In this document: positions 26,210-35,332 of the stretch, one piece after another
How positions within the stretch are numbered: the stretch's first letter is position 1
Layout: the number at the start of each line of letters is the position of its first letter
Source of the DNA: Patescibacteria group bacterium
GTDB lineage: Bacteria; Patescibacteriota; Minisyncoccia; Phycocordibacterales; JACOZG01
Direction of reading: 5' to 3'
Length of the DNA stretch: 37,750 nt
Assembly (NCBI GenBank): GCA_038064935.1
Contig: JBBTRZ010000010.1
Location: forward strand, 1-37,750
Program-made: the position numbers and the translations under genes
The notes under the pieces: generated by a model
The model's input: the letters and a program-made list of their open reading frames with translations, nothing else
Database searches by the model: none
What the model was told of the DNA's origin: nothing

Positions 26210-27568
26210 CTAGAATTTCTTCAACTTTGCTCCAGTTTCGGTGTCGTCAATCGAATAGCCAAGATTTTTGATTTGTTGGCGGATTTTGTCTGCGCTGACA
26301 AAATCGTGAGCGACTCGAGCCGCTTCGCGACGAGCGAGGAGTTGAATAACCTCGGGTGGAATCTCAAGTGGTTGGGTGGCCGAAATCAGATCAAGTCCCA
26401 GTACTTTATCAAACTCAAGCAGAGTGGCGAGAACATCATTTGGGGCCGGGGAGTGATCATCGAGAAGTTGCCAGATAATAGAGACAGCCACGGGTAAATT
26501 AAGATCGTCGTTTATCGCCTCGGTAAATTTATTTAGGTAATCGGTAAGCAACTGGCCCTCCTGGCTCGACATCGAAGGTTGGACTAGATCAATCACGCGT
26601 TGGCGGAGTTTTTGGTCAGCCGCCGCCGCGCCGCCCAAACTCTCCCAAGTGAAGTTGAGCAAAGAGCGATAATGAGCCGTGAGAAGAAGATAACGATAAG
26701 CGAGCGGGGAGAAATTTTTCTCGGCAAGATTTTTAAGGGTCAGAATATTATTCAGCGACTTGGACATTTTATTTTCAGCCACATTGACGAACGCCGAATG
26801 AAGCCAAAAACGCGCGAGCGGCGCGCCAGTCACACTCTCCGATTGAGCAATTTCATTTTCATGATGAGGAAAAATTAAATCCGTGCCGCCCAAGTGAATA
26901 TCAATCGTGTCGCCGAGGGTGGCACGAATCATGGCCGAGCATTCGATATGCCAACCGGGCCGACCGCGCCCGAAGGGCGCATCCCAAGCCACCTCGGCCT
27001 CGGCCGGTTCAAATTTCCACAAAGCGAAATCGGCCGCGTTTTCCTTGTCATACTCGTCATTATCAATTCGGCTTTTAATTTCTCGGTCGGTCATAAGTTT
27101 GGCCAATGCCCCGTAGCGCGGGAAGGAACTAATTTTAAAATAAATACCATCCGTCGCCGCATAAGCCGCGCCGCGGCTGATTAACATCTCGATCATCGCG
27201 ACCATCGCCGGAATATATTCGGTGGCGTGAGGGATGGCATCGGGCAACTCAACATTCAAGCGCTTAAGATCAGCCAGAAAAACTTTCTCATGTTGTTTCG
27301 TGAAATCGGCGAGCGTCACCCCGGCTACTTCACTGCCCTTGATTGTCTTATCATCCACATCGGTCACATTCATCACCGCCCTGACTTCATAGCCGTTCCA
27401 CTTGAGTGTCCGACGACACAAGTCGCTCGTCACGAAAGTGCGTAAATTACCAATGTGGGCCGGCGCGTAGACGGTCGGGCCACAAGTGTAAAAACTAACC
27501 CGCTCCGGTTTTAATGGTTCAAATTTTTCTTTTTGTCGCGTCGCCGTATTGTATAAAGTCAGAGCCAT
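26210..27568 (-). CDS. cysS: Cysteine--tRNA ligase
   Basis: CGPTVY..AHIGN, DFALWK, GRPGWHIECS, FPHHENE, KMSKSL. Confidence 0.97.
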   Translation of the reverse strand: MALTLYNTATRQKEKFEPLKPERVSFYTCGPTVYAPAHIGNLRTFVTSDLCRRTLKWNGYEVRAVMNVTDVDDKTIKGSEVAGVTLADFTKQHEKVFLADLKRLNVELPDAIPHATEYIPAMVAMIEMLISRGAAYAATDGIYFKISSFPRYGALAKLMTDREIKSRIDNDEYDKENAADFALWKFEPAEAEVAWDAPFGRGRPGWHIECSAMIRATLGDTIDIHLGGTDLIFPHHENEIAQSESVTGAPLARFWLHSAFVNVAENKMSKSLNNILTLKNLAEKNFSPLAYRYLLLTAHYRSLLNFTWESLGGAAAADQKLRQRVIDLVQPSMSSQEGQLLTDYLNKFTEAINDDLNLPVAVSIIWQLLDDHSPAPNDVLATLLEFDKVLGLDLISATQPLEIPPEVIQLLARREAARVAHDFVSADKIRQQIKNLGYSIDDTETGAKLKKF

Positions 27569-28509
27569 CGGCGATATTTAGCCAAGACGAGCATCCCAAA
27601 GAGGGTCGCCAACATGAGCGCGATGACAAAATAATAACTCTGTGGCGACGCGGCGAAAGGCAACGACATATTCATGCCGAAGAATTGAGTGATCAGCGTG
27701 AGAGGGAAAAAGATGAAGGCCATGACGGTAAAAACCTTCATGGTTTCGTTGGTCTTAATTGAGAGGAGGGATTCGTTGGTCTCTCGCAGATCAATGAAGG
27801 TCTCGTGGTTACTTTCGAGGAGGGACCAAATCCGATTATACTCACCGGTCACGGCCTCAAGATAATAGCGGAAATTGTCGTCGAAAAATTCTTGACCGAC
27901 TATTTGCAGGGAAGCCAACACCTCGCGGTGATGCTTGAGCGCCCAACGGCAGTCAAGCAGATTGCGATTAACCTCGGCGAGCAGTTTAACCATCGCCCGT
28001 TCCTCGTCGGCAAATACTTTCTTCTCGGCTTGTTTCAAAATGCCATTAATATAATCGAGGCCGGGAACTAAGTCGCTGTAGAGTTGACGGATTAGATGGT
28101 AAAACAAGAGGCCAGCATGAGTCTTACTTTTACCTCGATTCTCCAATTGGTTAGGGTGGAAGACGCTGCCGAATTCGCTTAATCCGGTGATCGGTTGATA
28201 ATGGGTGGTGATTAGAAAATTATGTCCGATAATGAAATCGATCTCTTCGGTATCGGAATTATTATTATTGGACTCGCCTCGCGTCGAAGCGGGTCTTTTA
28301 CCATAACAGATTTGACAGACCGGGAAGTGAAGAATCAAATAAATGAAATCGCTATAGCGATCAACTTTGGATCGGAGTGAGGGATTAGTGAGCTCGCCGA
28401 TGACGAGCGGGTGAATTTTATATTCGCCAGCGACCGCGGTAAGTTCCTCTTCGTTTGGCGATTCCAAATCAATCCAAGTCACTCCCTTATATTCGCGACG
28501 CGTGAGCAT
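27559..28509 (-). CDS. corA: CorA-family Mg2+ transporter
   Basis: TWIDL..P..EE, NE.MK..T, FGMN signature, two C-terminal TMs. Confidence 0.9.
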   Translation of the reverse strand: MLTRREYKGVTWIDLESPNEEELTAVAGEYKIHPLVIGELTNPSLRSKVDRYSDFIYLILHFPVCQICYGKRPASTRGESNNNNSDTEEIDFIIGHNFLITTHYQPITGLSEFGSVFHPNQLENRGKSKTHAGLLFYHLIRQLYSDLVPGLDYINGILKQAEKKVFADEERAMVKLLAEVNRNLLDCRWALKHHREVLASLQIVGQEFFDDNFRYYLEAVTGEYNRIWSLLESNHETFIDLRETNESLLSIKTNETMKVFTVMAFIFFPLTLITQFFGMNMSLPFAASPQSYYFVIALMLATLFGMLVLAKYRRWL

Positions 28510-28590
28510 ATGAACTTGTCCCCCAGTATATCGCCCGCTCTCGTTGACCGCAAGCGAGCAAGGTGCAATAATCTTCTTAAGTTTTACTTT

Positions 28591-29838
28591 ATGTCCCGCC
28601 CCATTAAACATTTAGTAATTGGATTCATCTTTCCACTCCTTCTCGTCGTCGCTTTCGGCGGCGGTTTAATTGCCGGGTCGCTCCGATCTTCGGTGGCCGC
28701 CGGCGCAACGATCGTTACGGGTGATGCCGCCGCCATCAACCTGGCACCCTTCTGGAAGGCCTGGCAAATACTTGATGATAAATTCATTGATACGCACTCG
28801 AGCACTTCGACCGTAACCGACCTTACCGAAAAGCGCATTTGGGGGGCGATTAGCGGGATGACCGCCGCCCTCGGTGATCCTTACACTACCTTCTTGCCGC
28901 CGGAAGAGAAGAAAGGTTTTGAAGAGAATATCAGTGGTAATTTCGGCGGCGTGGGTCTCGAAATTGATGTGCGTGATCATAACTTGACGGTCGTCACCGC
29001 GCTCAAAGACACCCCGGCGAAACAGGCTGGGTTCAAGTCCGGTGATCAAATTATAAAAATTGATGAGACGGAGACGAGCGGCTTGTCACTCGTCGAAGCG
29101 GTCAAGCTCATCCGTGGTCCGGTCGGGAGCGAGGTGACGATCACGATTCGTCGGGCTGATGAACCGGATCGGCCGATCACCGTGACCCGGGCGAAAATTT
29201 CGATCCCGACGCTTGAGACCAAGAAACAAGACGGGGTGTTTATCATTCAGCTCTATAACTTTAATTCCAACGCGTCAAAAGCTTTCCGCTCCGCCCTCCG
29301 CGAATTCATCGCTACGAAGAGTGACAAACTAATTATTGATCTGCGCGGCGATCCCGGGGGACTGCTCGAGTCGGCGGTCGACATGGCTTCTTGGTTTTTA
29401 CCGTCCGGGGAGCCGGTCGTGATTGAACGCCGTGGCAATGATGAAGAAGATAAAATCTATCGCAGCTATGGTTATAATGTTTTCACTGATAAATTAAAGC
29501 TTGCCATTCTAATTGATGGGGGTAGCGCTTCGGCCTCCGAGATACTCGCCGGCGCGCTCTCGGAACACGGCCTCGCCACCTTGATCGGAGAGAAGAGTTT
29601 CGGTAAGGGGTCGGTGCAAGAATTGATCCCGGTGACTAAAAATAGTTCGCTTAAAGTAACGGTAGCTAAATGGCTCACACCCAAACACCGGTCGCTCGTG
29701 GATAATGGTCTTGAACCTGATATCGTCGTCAAGGCAGCGACCAGTACACCCAACACTGCCGACCGCAATAATGACAAAACTAAGGCCGATGATCCCGTCC
29801 TTACCCGCGCCATTGACTTTCTAAAGCACAAAAAATAA
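28591..29838 (+). CDS. S41 carboxy-terminal processing protease (CtpA-like, PDZ)
   Basis: DPYT, GVG.EI PDZ, IDLR.DPGG, SASASEI.AGAL, FGKGSVQ. Confidence 0.93.
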   Translation: MSRPIKHLVIGFIFPLLLVVAFGGGLIAGSLRSSVAAGATIVTGDAAAINLAPFWKAWQILDDKFIDTHSSTSTVTDLTEKRIWGAISGMTAALGDPYTTFLPPEEKKGFEENISGNFGGVGLEIDVRDHNLTVVTALKDTPAKQAGFKSGDQIIKIDETETSGLSLVEAVKLIRGPVGSEVTITIRRADEPDRPITVTRAKISIPTLETKKQDGVFIIQLYNFNSNASKAFRSALREFIATKSDKLIIDLRGDPGGLLESAVDMASWFLPSGEPVVIERRGNDEEDKIYRSYGYNVFTDKLKLAILIDGGSASASEILAGALSEHGLATLIGEKSFGKGSVQELIPVTKNSSLKVTVAKWLTPKHRSLVDNGLEPDIVVKAATSTPNTADRNNDKTKADDPVLTRAIDFLKHKK

Positions 29839-29874
29839 CTTGATCGCGGAGAGGGGATAGGGTATATTAGCGGG

Positions 29875-30384
29875 ATGAAAGTTATCTTACTTAAAGATGT
29901 GCCAAAGCTGGGGCGACAATACGAAGTGAAAGAAGTTAAGCCGGGTTACGCCCGGAACTTCATTTTAGCGCGCGGGTTGGGAGCAATGGCGACGAAAATA
30001 ACTTTAGCCCAAGCTGATTTCAAACGGCAGGGGAGGGAAGCGGCCCTGATCGAGAAACGTGAACGATTAGCTAAAGAAGCTAGCGAACTGGAGAAGGTCA
30101 CAATCCGACTTACGAGGCGGGCTAATGATTTGGGTCACCTCTTCGACGGACTTGATGCTAATGATTTGATCAAAGCTCTGCGGTCGCAAACTAATTTTGA
30201 TCTCGAATCTGATTGGATCGCATTGCCACGCCCGATCAAAGAGTTGGGAACGCACACCATTCCCGTGAGTCACGGCGAGACAAAAACCAGCTTCCAGCTC
30301 ATCGTCGAACCGGAAGCCGACGCCACGGCAATCAAAAAGGCGATGGCTAAGAAACGCTCACCTGCTTCACCAATCGCTGGCTAG
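29875..30384 (+). CDS. rplI: 50S ribosomal protein L9
   Basis: [11 protein letters not shown]....V.EVK.GYARNF. Confidence 0.95.
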   Translation: MKVILLKDVPKLGRQYEVKEVKPGYARNFILARGLGAMATKITLAQADFKRQGREAALIEKRERLAKEASELEKVTIRLTRRANDLGHLFDGLDANDLIKALRSQTNFDLESDWIALPRPIKELGTHTIPVSHGETKTSFQLIVEPEADATAIKKAMAKKRSPASPIAG

Positions 30385-30619
30385 AGTCGTAATTAGTTTT
30401 TCGCTTCGTTTTAAAATTAACGGTGCCGTTGGTTAAAGCAAAAATCGTATGATCCTTGCCAAGCCCGACATTTTTCCCCACCGTGAAGTAAGTCCCGCGT
30501 TGGCGGATAATAATTGCGCCGGGCTTCGCGAGGGCACCGTGAGGAAGCTTCACCCCCAGATATTTGGGATTGGAGTCGCGCAAATTCCGCGCGGTACCGC
30601 CAGCTTTACGATGGGCCAT
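30347..30619 (-). CDS. rpmA: 50S ribosomal protein L27
   Basis: MAHRKAGG...[28 protein letters not shown]. Confidence 0.96.
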   Translation of the reverse strand: MAHRKAGGTARNLRDSNPKYLGVKLPHGALAKPGAIIIRQRGTYFTVGKNVGLGKDHTIFALTNGTVNFKTKRKTNYDSSQRLVKQVSVS

Positions 30620-30624
30620 AGACC

Positions 30625-31002
30625 ATGAGCATAACTGAACGCTTAAATAAAATCAAGCCCGTGATTCTGCCACTTAACCTCGTCCTCATTGGGACGCTCG
30701 GTTTCGGCCTCGGGCGTTATACGCGGATTGAGGAGGCGAAGGTACCGGTCATGATTGAGCAGACAACTTCGACAACAGCTTCAGGAACTTCGGTCACGGC
30801 TTCACCTAAAGAAGCTTCTGAAACTATCGAAGCTAAATCTGCCGGAACCTTGGTTGGTTCGAAAAACGGCACGAAGTATCACTACCCGTGGTGTGGTGGT
30901 GCCTCGCGGATTAAAGAAGAAAATAAAGTGTGGTTCGCTTCCAAAGAAGAAGCGTTAAGTAGGGGATATACCCCCGCCGCCAACTGCCCGGGGTTGAAAT
31001 AA
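30625..31002 (+). CDS. Membrane-anchored protein with an Ada-type metal-binding C-terminal domain
   Basis: TM, Thr/Ser linker, GSK.G.KYH.PWC...I...N..WF.S.EEA...GY.P..NC. Confidence 0.75.
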   Translation: MSITERLNKIKPVILPLNLVLIGTLGFGLGRYTRIEEAKVPVMIEQTTSTTASGTSVTASPKEASETIEAKSAGTLVGSKNGTKYHYPWCGGASRIKEENKVWFASKEEALSRGYTPAANCPGLK

Positions 31003-31418
31003 AAAACCCTGAAACCACGTAAGTGATTCCAGGGTAACCCACGCACCTTGTCTACCCCGACAGCGGAGCGTTTCTTTGGGGGTCTGGGAATTTTGACCCT
31101 TGTAGCTTCCAGTTGTAACGGGTAAGAAGCAAACCCGGCATCGAATCGATCGTTTCAGTAGCTTCAGTAATCGTTGGGGTTTAGATGGTCTAGCGTTCGA
31201 TGCCCGACCTTTTCCATTTTCACCACAACGGTCAATTCATCTGGTGGCGGATGAATCAACAAGACAACACCCGCGTGCCACCAATCCCTTGCTTGCTTCC
31301 GGCCTATACGGGTTATAGGGCAGAAGGAGGAGGGACAAATTGGGGGCTCATTTCCAAGCTTGCACCTCGTTAGCCAGGAAACTTAATACATTCATGTATC
31401 TTGAGCCCTCAACTTCTA
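31001..31418 (-). ncRNA. Candidate large structured ncRNA (about 420 nt)
   Basis: TTGACA(31452-31447)-16-TATACT(31430-31425) promoter, terminator 31001-31035, many helices, no ORF of 60 aa or more. Confidence 0.55.
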
Positions 31419-31528
31419 CCAGCCAGTATACACGAATACTAAATCCTGTCAAGGTCGGGGAGTGGAAGGGTTTAATTATTTAGATTGGGTCGCACAATAT
31501 ACCTTTTCCGTCCTGACCCAGTTGATTT

Positions 31529-31978
31529 TTATACACCCCAGCATTTTTCGCTCCAGTGCCAAGGCCGATCGCCGTCGCGGGCCATGAGCCACATGGCGTA
31601 GCCGATATTCCCTTCGGCCGTGTAAATATCGAAGCCAACCGTGCGACTCTGTTCTAAGTGATATTTCTCATTAATCTGGAAGACACCGACATCGCTCCGA
31701 TTTTTCCGACCACGCACTAATGACCCATCGGGATGGTATTGCTGGAGACGACTCTCACACCGGGCAATTTCGAGCGCCGCGGTCCCATCCACGCCGTAAT
31801 GGGCGCTGGACTCCTTAATGAGCTCGGAGACGGTATAGCCGCGCATTTCCACCACCGCCGGTTGGGTGGCAAAATTTGCGCTCGGGGGATTGACCGTGCC
31901 ACCCACGGCTCCAGTGGCCAAAGAAGCTAGTTGAGACAGAGCCGTCAAGCCGGTTAGACCAATAGTGTTGAAGTTCAT
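31529..31978 (-). CDS. Secreted lysozyme-like/lytic transglycosylase domain protein
   Basis: IARCES catalytic Glu, GVFQIN, NI.YA..L....G..PW..S..CW. Confidence 0.8.
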   Translation of the reverse strand: MNFNTIGLTGLTALSQLASLATGAVGGTVNPPSANFATQPAVVEMRGYTVSELIKESSAHYGVDGTAALEIARCESRLQQYHPDGSLVRGRKNRSDVGVFQINEKYHLEQSRTVGFDIYTAEGNIGYAMWLMARDGDRPWHWSEKCWGV

Positions 31979-31989
31979 AATTTAAGTAG

Positions 31990-32085
31990 CAAAACAGGTC
32001 AGGCAGTAATGCCTAACCTGTCAAATTAGCTTTGTAATATAAGGGTATTTGGTCAACCTAATCTAATCACCCCAAACACCCAAGC
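31990..32085 (-). promoter_or_regulatory. Structured 5' leader with a terminator-like hairpin before the transglycosylase gene
   Basis: Promoter TAGACA-17-TAGGTT; hairpin GGGUGUUUGG/CCAAAUACCC; 12-bp hairpin 31994-32021 followed by UUU. Confidence 0.5.
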
Positions 32086-32113
32086 CAAACCTAGCATACT
32101 TCCCTCCCCTTGT

Positions 32114-32221
32114 CTAGTTTTGAAACACCGACACTATTTTGTCAATAATGGGTCGCAAGTCAATGTCAAAGTAGATTAGAGCCGCGACCACGATGACAAT
32201 TAATAGAATAAACTTAATCAT
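32114..32221 (-). CDS. Small membrane protein (35 aa, MIKFILLIVIVVAALIYFDIDLRPIIDKIVSVFQN)
   Basis: Single TM; ATG 13 nt after the M23 gene stop; below the ORF-track cutoff. Confidence 0.6.
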   Translation of the reverse strand: MIKFILLIVIVVAALIYFDIDLRPIIDKIVSVFQN

Positions 32222-32234
32222 ACTGGCAAATTTA

Positions 32235-33512
32235 TCATAAATAGATCAGGGGATCAAGGTAGGCATCGACACTGATGAGAGGCATGTTGATTTTAGCCCC
32301 GGTACAAGATTTGAAAGCATATTCGCCGACCTTCACCCCTTGAGTCGCGACCACTCCCAAATGTAAATGCGGACCGGTTGAGTAACCGGAGTTGCCGCTA
32401 TAGGCAATCACTTCGCCCGTTGCGATCGTGGCCCCGGCCACGGCCTTAATCAGTGAGAGGTGGCCGTAGACAGTGCTCAAGCCGTTCGCGTGCTTCATGA
32501 GCACCCACTTACCGTATGAAGCGCCAGGGCAAGCGCGATCGGTATCTCCCACAGCGGTAATTACCCCAGTGAGAGTGGCTTTGACCGGTGTGCCAAGAGC
32601 GGCCCGAAAGTCAACACCATTGTGCGTCCCCGAGACATAGAGTCGCTTGGCATCAACCGTTTTGCCGAAGCGTTGGGTGATAAAAATATTATCGAGTGGC
32701 CAGGCAAGGATTCCCTTCCCGGCTGGCGGGATGCTCTTAGGATCAATAATAATTCTTAATTGTGACTCGAAATCAAAGAGTTCCCGCTCGAACGCTTCCT
32801 TCTTGGCCTCCGTCGAGGTCAGAAGGGTTCGATAATTGGCTTCTTTATTCTTTGTTAATTTAAGCAAGCGATCCTTCTCGGTCTTGTTCTCTTCGGCCAA
32901 CACTTTCTGATCGGCGAGTCGCAGCCGCAGACGGTTGAGTTCGAGTTGCTCCTTCTCGGTCGCCGACTTCGAGACTTCCAGCTCATCTCGCAGGGAACGG
33001 AGACTGGAGATGTCGCTCTGGACCTGACCCTGGAGGACCGCCGACCGGTCAAGCTCATTCCAGAAATCGGCGAGGTGGGAAAATCCAAGCATGATCTCAA
33101 ACAAGGATTCGTGGTCGCGATCACGCCACTGCCGCAGACTCTCGCCCAAGGCGATTCGCCGATCACTCACCGTCTGATTTTTACGCCCGATCTCGAGGGC
33201 GATCTTCTCGATCTCGAGTCGGGCGCGTTCAATCTTATTCTCGGTCACTTGAATATCAGCCGCGAATTTCTTGCGAGTCGTCTCAAGTCGCTTGATCTCG
33301 CCTTCTAGCCCCGAGGCCGTTTTCACCGTCGCCGAGAGCTCTCGCCTGAAGCCCTCGATCTCGACTTCCAACCGCTTGATCTCGTTAGTATGGTCGCCAA
33401 TGCGGGAGCGCAGTTCTTCGACCGTGGCAGAATTCGCCGTGCCGAACGCGGCGATAAACGCAAGTGTCGCGACCAAAAATAATATGGTCACTCCCCTACT
33501 ATTGCGAATCAT
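32235..33512 (-). CDS. Coiled-coil M23 peptidase (EnvC/murein hydrolase activator-like, metal ligands intact)
   Basis: Signal peptide, long coiled coil, HNGVD, YGHL, STGPHLH. Confidence 0.88.
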   Translation of the reverse strand: MIRNSRGVTILFLVATLAFIAAFGTANSATVEELRSRIGDHTNEIKRLEVEIEGFRRELSATVKTASGLEGEIKRLETTRKKFAADIQVTENKIERARLEIEKIALEIGRKNQTVSDRRIALGESLRQWRDRDHESLFEIMLGFSHLADFWNELDRSAVLQGQVQSDISSLRSLRDELEVSKSATEKEQLELNRLRLRLADQKVLAEENKTEKDRLLKLTKNKEANYRTLLTSTEAKKEAFERELFDFESQLRIIIDPKSIPPAGKGILAWPLDNIFITQRFGKTVDAKRLYVSGTHNGVDFRAALGTPVKATLTGVITAVGDTDRACPGASYGKWVLMKHANGLSTVYGHLSLIKAVAGATIATGEVIAYSGNSGYSTGPHLHLGVVATQGVKVGEYAFKSCTGAKINMPLISVDAYLDPLIYL

Positions 33513-34800
33513 GAAAAATTTTTCGCAAACGCGCCAGCGTTTCGGCTTGGCCTAGAATCTCGGCTAGGGTGAAGGGATCCGGCGATCGCTCCTTCCCGGT
33601 TAAAACTACGCGCATGGTGGAGAGAACCGCCGCTCGACCCGCCTCATCAGCGTAAGGCATAAGCACCGATTTGATTATTTGGCTTTGGAAATCGGCGCCG
33701 GGGATAGATTCTAGCAAGGTGATAGTCTTGCTTAAGGTGGTTGGGGCCTTCAATAAATTTTTATCCACGATTGGCGGGGCTAGAAAATAATCATATTCAC
33801 CGCTTTCAATTAGGGTGTGGCCTTCGGTCAAAGTCGAGACGCGCTCGCGGATAATTGGCGTTACTTTGGCGCGGAGTGCTGACGGCCAATCGTTGGGAAA
33901 AATGTCGTCCCAGATTGATTCCGGTACCCGGCGCAAGTATTCGCGGTTTAGCCAGTTAAGTTTCTCAAGATTGAAAATTGCCCCCCCTTTTTGAATACGG
34001 TCGAGTGAAAATTGTTTGATTAATTCTGACCTAGAAAATATTTCTTGATCCGTGCCGGGGTTCCAACCGAGCAAAGCCAGATAATTTAGGAGTGCGTCGG
34101 GTAGAAATCCTTGACCGCGATATTCGGTAACGCTCACTGCGCCATGTCTTTTTGATAATTTAGATCGATCGGGCGCAAGGATAAGCGGGATGTGAGCGTA
34201 GATTGGCCGCAGCACTTTAAGCGCCTCTTGGATCAAGATTTGTCGCGGCGTGTTGGAGATGTGATCTTCGCCGCGAATCACATGGGTCACCCCCATCTGC
34301 CAATCGTCCACCACGACCGCGAAGTGGTAGAGTGGCTCGTCGAGACTCTTGGCGATGACGAAGTCACCGAGCTCGGTGGTATCAAAACTGATCTCACCCC
34401 GAATCAGATCTTGGAAAATAATTCTCTGCCCCGGATTGCGCAGGCGAATCACCTCTCCCCTCTTCGTCTTGTCGTTGTTGGTATTATTAATGTCTTCTTT
34501 AGAAATATAAGCCGTGCCAGCCGAAATTAATTTCTCCAACGCTTCACGATAAATTGCCGTCCGCTCCGATTGGCGGTAAATTTCGTCAAAATCGAGCTCG
34601 AGCCACTTGAGACTTTCGAGAATATCCGCCTCAAACTCGGAGTTAGATCGTTCGCGGTCAGTGTCTTCGAAACGCAAAATAATTTTACCACCCATTTGCT
34701 TGGCAAATAAATAATTAAACAGCGCGGTTCTAGCGCTACCGACATGGAGCGGCCCCGTCGGACTCGGCGCAAACCGCACAATCACTGGTGTTGTTGGCAT
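33499..34800 (-). CDS. gltX: Glutamate--tRNA ligase
   Basis: RFAPSPTG.LHVG.ARTAL, HVIRGEDH, KLSKRHG. Confidence 0.95.
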   Translation of the reverse strand: MPTTPVIVRFAPSPTGPLHVGSARTALFNYLFAKQMGGKIILRFEDTDRERSNSEFEADILESLKWLELDFDEIYRQSERTAIYREALEKLISAGTAYISKEDINNTNNDKTKRGEVIRLRNPGQRIIFQDLIRGEISFDTTELGDFVIAKSLDEPLYHFAVVVDDWQMGVTHVIRGEDHISNTPRQILIQEALKVLRPIYAHIPLILAPDRSKLSKRHGAVSVTEYRGQGFLPDALLNYLALLGWNPGTDQEIFSRSELIKQFSLDRIQKGGAIFNLEKLNWLNREYLRRVPESIWDDIFPNDWPSALRAKVTPIIRERVSTLTEGHTLIESGEYDYFLAPPIVDKNLLKAPTTLSKTITLLESIPGADFQSQIIKSVLMPYADEAGRAAVLSTMRVVLTGKERSPDPFTLAEILGQAETLARLRKIFHDSQ

Positions 34801-34953
34801 ATTGCGTCCATTCTAGCAACCAGTTCAATTTTAAGGAAATCAAATATTTTAACCATCGCTAAAAAACATTATTATAAGCCATATTCTATCAATTTACCCA
34901 CAAAATCATCTACAAACGCTTGACAATATTTATGGTTTGTGTATACTGGTGGG

Positions 34954-35325
34954 TAGACTTGAAAATTAAGTAGTTGCAGAAGAGGGTAAGGATCGGTAGC
35001 TCCAAAAAAGCCAGCGTGGTGCTCAGTCACGAAACACTGGGCGTTCCAAAATGAACAGGTTAGGGTTTTCTGTCTTTGGCCCAAAAGCACCAACCCCCTA
35101 CCTTATTCTGTATGCTTCCGAGTAACGCCATGAATTCCACTGGGAAGTGTTATGTCTACCAATCGATACAGTCACAGCCCTGTGCTGATTTATGCTGCCA
35201 ACGATTGGATCAAGGATGTATTACAAGTGGAAACTCTCTGATTTAGGGAAAGTCTAGCCAACTAACCCAATGAGATCAGCGAGTAATGGTTGAACCCCCG
35301 CTATGGCGATGGGGGTTTTTCTTTT
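34954..35325 (+). ncRNA. Candidate large structured ncRNA (about 370 nt)
   Basis: TTGACA(34920-34925)-16-TATACT(34942-34947), plus-oriented terminator 35293-35325, nested helices, only short ORFs. Confidence 0.5.
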
Positions 35326-35332
35326 GCAAAAA

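Noticed and set aside
28411-28611. Overlapping N-terminal extensions of corA and the S41 protease (also dnaB 26202, pyrG 1640, fmt 6518)
   Set aside because: Downstream starts fit family N-termini and promoter positions and remove or reduce the overlaps.
34954-35325. RNase P RNA, tmRNA or SRP RNA identity for this unit or the 31.0-31.4 kb unit
   Set aside because: GGGAAAGUCU is near the 3' end with no P4 partner, there are no tRNA-like termini and no SRP helix-8 motif.
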